From: a virus
Lineage: Duplodnaviria; Caudoviricetes
IMG/VR virus record: IMGVR_UViG_3300033148_005240
Coordinates: 1 to 54,487 of that record
Length of the DNA stretch: 54,487 nt
Direction: 5' to 3' (one strand)
In this document: in pieces, positions 53,929 through 54,487 of the stretch
How the letters are laid out: the number at the start of each line of letters is the position of its first letter
Position numbering within the stretch: position 1 is the first letter of the stretch
Position numbers and translations under genes: made by a program
Notes under the pieces: model-generated
What the model was told of the DNA's origin: nothing
The model's database searches: none
What the model saw: only the letters and a program-made list of their open reading frames with translations

Positions 53929-54487
53929 TTATATTTTATTAATAGATACTAATGTCATATAACTATCTGGAATACCTATTAAAATTTTCTGTGTTCCTGC
54001 TTTATGATGAAAATAAACTTCTAAAGTATCTCCTACCTCTAAATGTAAAGTATTAAAAATATTTATAGTTCCAATATCTGCACCTATAGCAGAATCTTCA
54101 TATTGATTAAATAAAAATGTTTCGTTTTTATAAATAGCTAAACTTATAAATGTTTGGTCTCCTGTTTAAAGACCAGCATTAGACATTATTGTATAATATC
54201 CTTCTTCTTTAGCTGTAAAAGTGCCATTATTAAATTCATTATTTGTATCCCAATCTTTAGTATTAAATTCAATCTTAGTATCTGTATCATTAGGTATCCA
54301 TTGAAATTGAGTTAATCTAGCTCTTACTCTTGCTCCTGATACTGGTTCGCCCCCCCCCCCCTCCGTCGGGGGTGGATATTGTCCAATCTGAAGATGTTAA
54401 TCCAGTAGAAACATATATTTTTTTATTTATTATATCCATATACAATTGAGTTATATATTCAGGAGTTATTATTCCTATAGGAGAACT
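53929..54487 (-). pseudogene. C1q/TNF-like domain virion protein, 5'-partial, interrupted by a G12 frameshift and an in-frame TAA
   Basis: ...WTISTPDG[G12]EPVSGARVRA..IEFNTKDWDTNNEFNNGTFTAKEEGYY..L*..IYKN..LHLEVGDTLEV; my own translation. Confidence 0.65.
54350..54361. repeat. C12 (G12 on the coding strand) homopolymer
   Basis: Twelve consecutive C in an otherwise very AT-rich sequence. Confidence 0.9.

Noticed and set aside
15835-54168. Stop-codon reassignment as an explanation for the interrupted genes
   Set aside because: TAA, TAG and TGA all end normal genes here, and read-through at 15835 or 45270 would not restore the frame
1-54487. CRISPR array, tRNA or rRNA genes, diversity-generating retroelement, integrase or IS element
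   Set aside because: No regularly spaced repeats, cloverleafs, reverse transcriptase, recombinase or transposase motifs recognised by eye; a tRNAscan or Infernal run would be needed to be certain

Overview
A very AT-rich tailed-phage (Caudoviricetes) genome segment with two convergent gene blocks that meet at about 27,540. No tail sheath is visible, so it looks siphovirus-like. The + strand (1-27,530) starts with DNA-metabolism genes: a resolvase-like nuclease, a metallophosphoesterase, an Mre11/Rad50 pair, an M17 aminopeptidase and a homolog of the PVC-superphylum signature small basic protein. It continues into a tightly coupled ~18 kb glycan-modification cluster. That cluster holds a sulfation module (two sulfotransferases, APS kinase, an HxGH nucleotidyltransferase), a 2-aminoethylphosphonate module (cytidylyltransferase-PEP mutase, split phosphonopyruvate decarboxylase, AEP transaminase, a mu-crystallin/OCD reductase, two LicD transferases), an FnlABC-like nucleotide-sugar pathway and several glycosyltransferases. 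The - strand (27,546-54,487) is the virion module: prohead protease/scaffold, major capsid, head completion, lectin-bearing fibres, tail tube, chaperones, tape measure and tail-tip proteins. At least seven free-standing endonuclease genes are interspersed, five of them close paralogs. Several genes carry lesions (PEP mutase, a phosphatase, a fibre gene, and a C1q-like gene with a G12 tract); these may be phase variation, decay or assembly error. The most notable candidate system is a phage-encoded pathway for sulfated and phosphonylated glycans. All functional calls come from motif recognition by eye; no database searches were run.
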